Of a DNA stretch of 64,000 bases, positions 62,108 through 64,000 are shown one piece after another. The DNA is from Pavona decussata (taxonomy: Eukaryota). The stretch covers positions 744,001-808,000 of the forward strand of contig CDRNST010000037.1 of NCBI GenBank assembly GCA_977016875.1, in the 5' to 3' direction. The notes under the pieces were generated by a model, which was not told the DNA's origin, searched no databases, and was given only the letters and a program-made list of their open reading frames with translations. A program made the translations under genes and the position numbers. How positions within the stretch are numbered: the stretch's first letter is position 1; each line of letters opens with the position of its first letter.

Positions 62108-62222
62108 ATTTAACAGTTATTCGCCTCAGGCTCAGTAAATATTAGTGAATATTCCCCGAGACAAAGGCGAGGGAAATATTCACCAATATTTACTGAGCCT
62201 AAGGCGAATAATAAATTGTTGT
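62108..62222. repeat. Palindromic MITE-like end
   Basis: TTATTCGCCT.AGGCTCAGTAAATATT.GTGAATATT pairs with AATATTCAC.AATATTTACTGAGCCT.AGGCGAATAA. Confidence 0.7.
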
Positions 62223-62623
62223 TTAGTATAATCACTCAGGTGATTATCAGAGAAAAACAAGAACCATCCAAAAAATGTCAATTTTGTTTGTTTGTTTCAA
62301 ATTGTCACACATCTTTGTTTCAAATTGTCATGTCATCAACGAACAGACGTGCAGTCTGCCGATCACATGCTCAAATTTTTGATAAACTGCATGCACATTG
62401 CCCTCAAGCAGAATGTTAGTATTCTTTAATTGCTGCTTCATTGAGATAAAGCATTGACTTCTGCAAATGTAAGTTGGGTTTCTCCGACCCGTTTACCAAA
62501 ATAGATAGAGATGAATCAAGCTGTTTGGTGTAAAACTCAAGGATCACTTGAAAGTGTTTGTGATAGCACTTTATCGCACAATTTCTTGTTGATGGCTTTG
62601 CCAGTTAACAGACTTTTATAAAT

Positions 62624-63977
62624 TGTGTGGTTCCAAAAAATATCCACACCCCACCCACAGAAGGGATTTTTCATATGGCCCCCCTCCCCAAAATTAGCCC
62701 ACAAAATATACCTCCCCCCCCCCCTCAGGAAATTCCAATTTTTCCGCACACCCCCTGGAAATAATTCTATTTCTAGTAAAAGCAAGAAATAAGCTTATTT
62801 ATTGTTCAAGAGGCAGAATTTTGATGCTTACGTGTGTTTTCTAGTAAATTAGGGTATACTGTGACCAGCATATGAGCAGAAGTCGCGTGGTAACGTACTT
62901 ATCAAAAATGCATATCTTCATTACAACCAATTCCGCTTCATTATCCTGACAAAACAGCAACTGTTCAATATAAACAAACAGATATCAAAATGCAAGTTCA
63001 CATTCAAGGGCACTGGGGAAAGAAACCCTTTTTAATACACTGCACCAGTAAAAACAAAACAATCAAAACAGTATCAAATTTCCACGCCAAATATTTACGT
63101 ATTTCCGAAAGAGCATGGTGTCTCAAATTACATGGAAAATATAATCTTTCTTGGCCTTTCACGAAGATTCCTCTGTTTTTAATGCTTTCCAATGAGATAA
63201 GGTTCTCCAACCTGTTCTTTTATAGTAACTGTTATTTTTGTGTCGCGACATAAACCTTCGATCTTTGATCTTGTCGGAGTTGCATACAGTGTAATTCAAT
63301 CTTTTCCCGCGACAATATTTAGCGTCCTCTGAGGGTCAAAATTTGACATGTCACCGATTTCGGAACTTGCATATATTAAGTTTTCTTTCATTTATGACTG
63401 TTTGACTATAGTAAACTGCCTACTCTGGAGAACTGGAAAGGCTAGAAAATCTTTACTTTACACTAGATTGTTTTCATTTAAAGTTTAGCCAAAAATGACA
63501 TTGCAAGCAGCACGCCTGCGTTCGAAAAGATTTCAGCACACACGCTGGAATGTTCCGTAAACCAAATTGTGTGAATAATGGTTTGTGTTACACAGTTGCC
63601 TGTGACTTTCTTGGGAGGCCTTTTGTAAATTATATGCAAATGTGATGATTTAATTATTAATACAACGTGATTTACCATGGGTATTGAAGAAATTTTTCCT
63701 ATCTGTTATGCGTTAAATATATTTAACGTTTCGAGTTAAAATTCATGAAGCCTGTTGTGAAGCAACAAGACGCTGTTTATTTAACTGATTTATATCGCAC
63801 GCGGCTTGTTAATTTTTTGACGAAAATTGAACATACCGGTCGGTCTGGAAAAAACAAATATATTATTGAACCCCCCCTCTCCCCCTCAGGAATTTCCTGG
63901 ACCCTTGACCCCCCCACCCCTCTGGAATTTCCAATCCCTTCCGTGGGGGAGGTATGGATATTTTCTGGAACCACACA
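62624..63977. mobile_element. Non-autonomous TIR element (~1.35 kb)
   Basis: TGTGTGGTTCCA.AAAATATCCA.ACC ... GGTATGGATATTTTCTGGAACCACACA with C-rich GGAA.TTCC subterminal repeats. Confidence 0.75.
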
Positions 63978-64000
63978 TTGCCCTTGGAGATAAGCTGCTT

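Overview
Eukaryotic, AT-rich, repeat-dense genomic DNA. The MITE/SINE/LINE repertoire and gene content suggest a cnidarian, probably a stony coral (inference, not proven). By walking GT-AG sites and reading-frame phases by hand I reconstruct two spliced genes on the minus strand. (1) A 29-coding-exon receptor tyrosine kinase of about 2028 aa (CDS 33239->2924). Its architecture is signal peptide-(ApeC-CUB)x3-(F5/8 type C)x4-TM-tyrosine kinase-Tyr tail. All phases close and the catalytic motifs are intact. An apextrin C-terminal (ApeC) glycan/peptidoglycan-recognition module wired directly to an RTK is the main candidate for an undescribed system, a putative pattern-recognition receptor kinase. 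Its ectodomain shows recent tandem duplication, loop-focused divergence and decayed pseudo-exons. (2) A 3-coding-exon secreted pre-pro single-VWA protein of about 278 aa with an RRKR furin site (61494->52431). Mobile DNA includes a decayed Gypsy element fused onto an RTK splice acceptor and a full-length decayed BEL/Pao element with LTRs, PBS, PPT and TSD. There are also L1/Tx1-like and L2/CR1-like LINE fragments, a Penelope-type minimal hammerhead ribozyme in an RTK intron, many TTAA- and TA-target MITEs, tRNA-derived SINEs and a 1.2-1.5 kb tandem triplication. There are three assembly gaps. No rRNA, true tRNA or CRISPR was seen.
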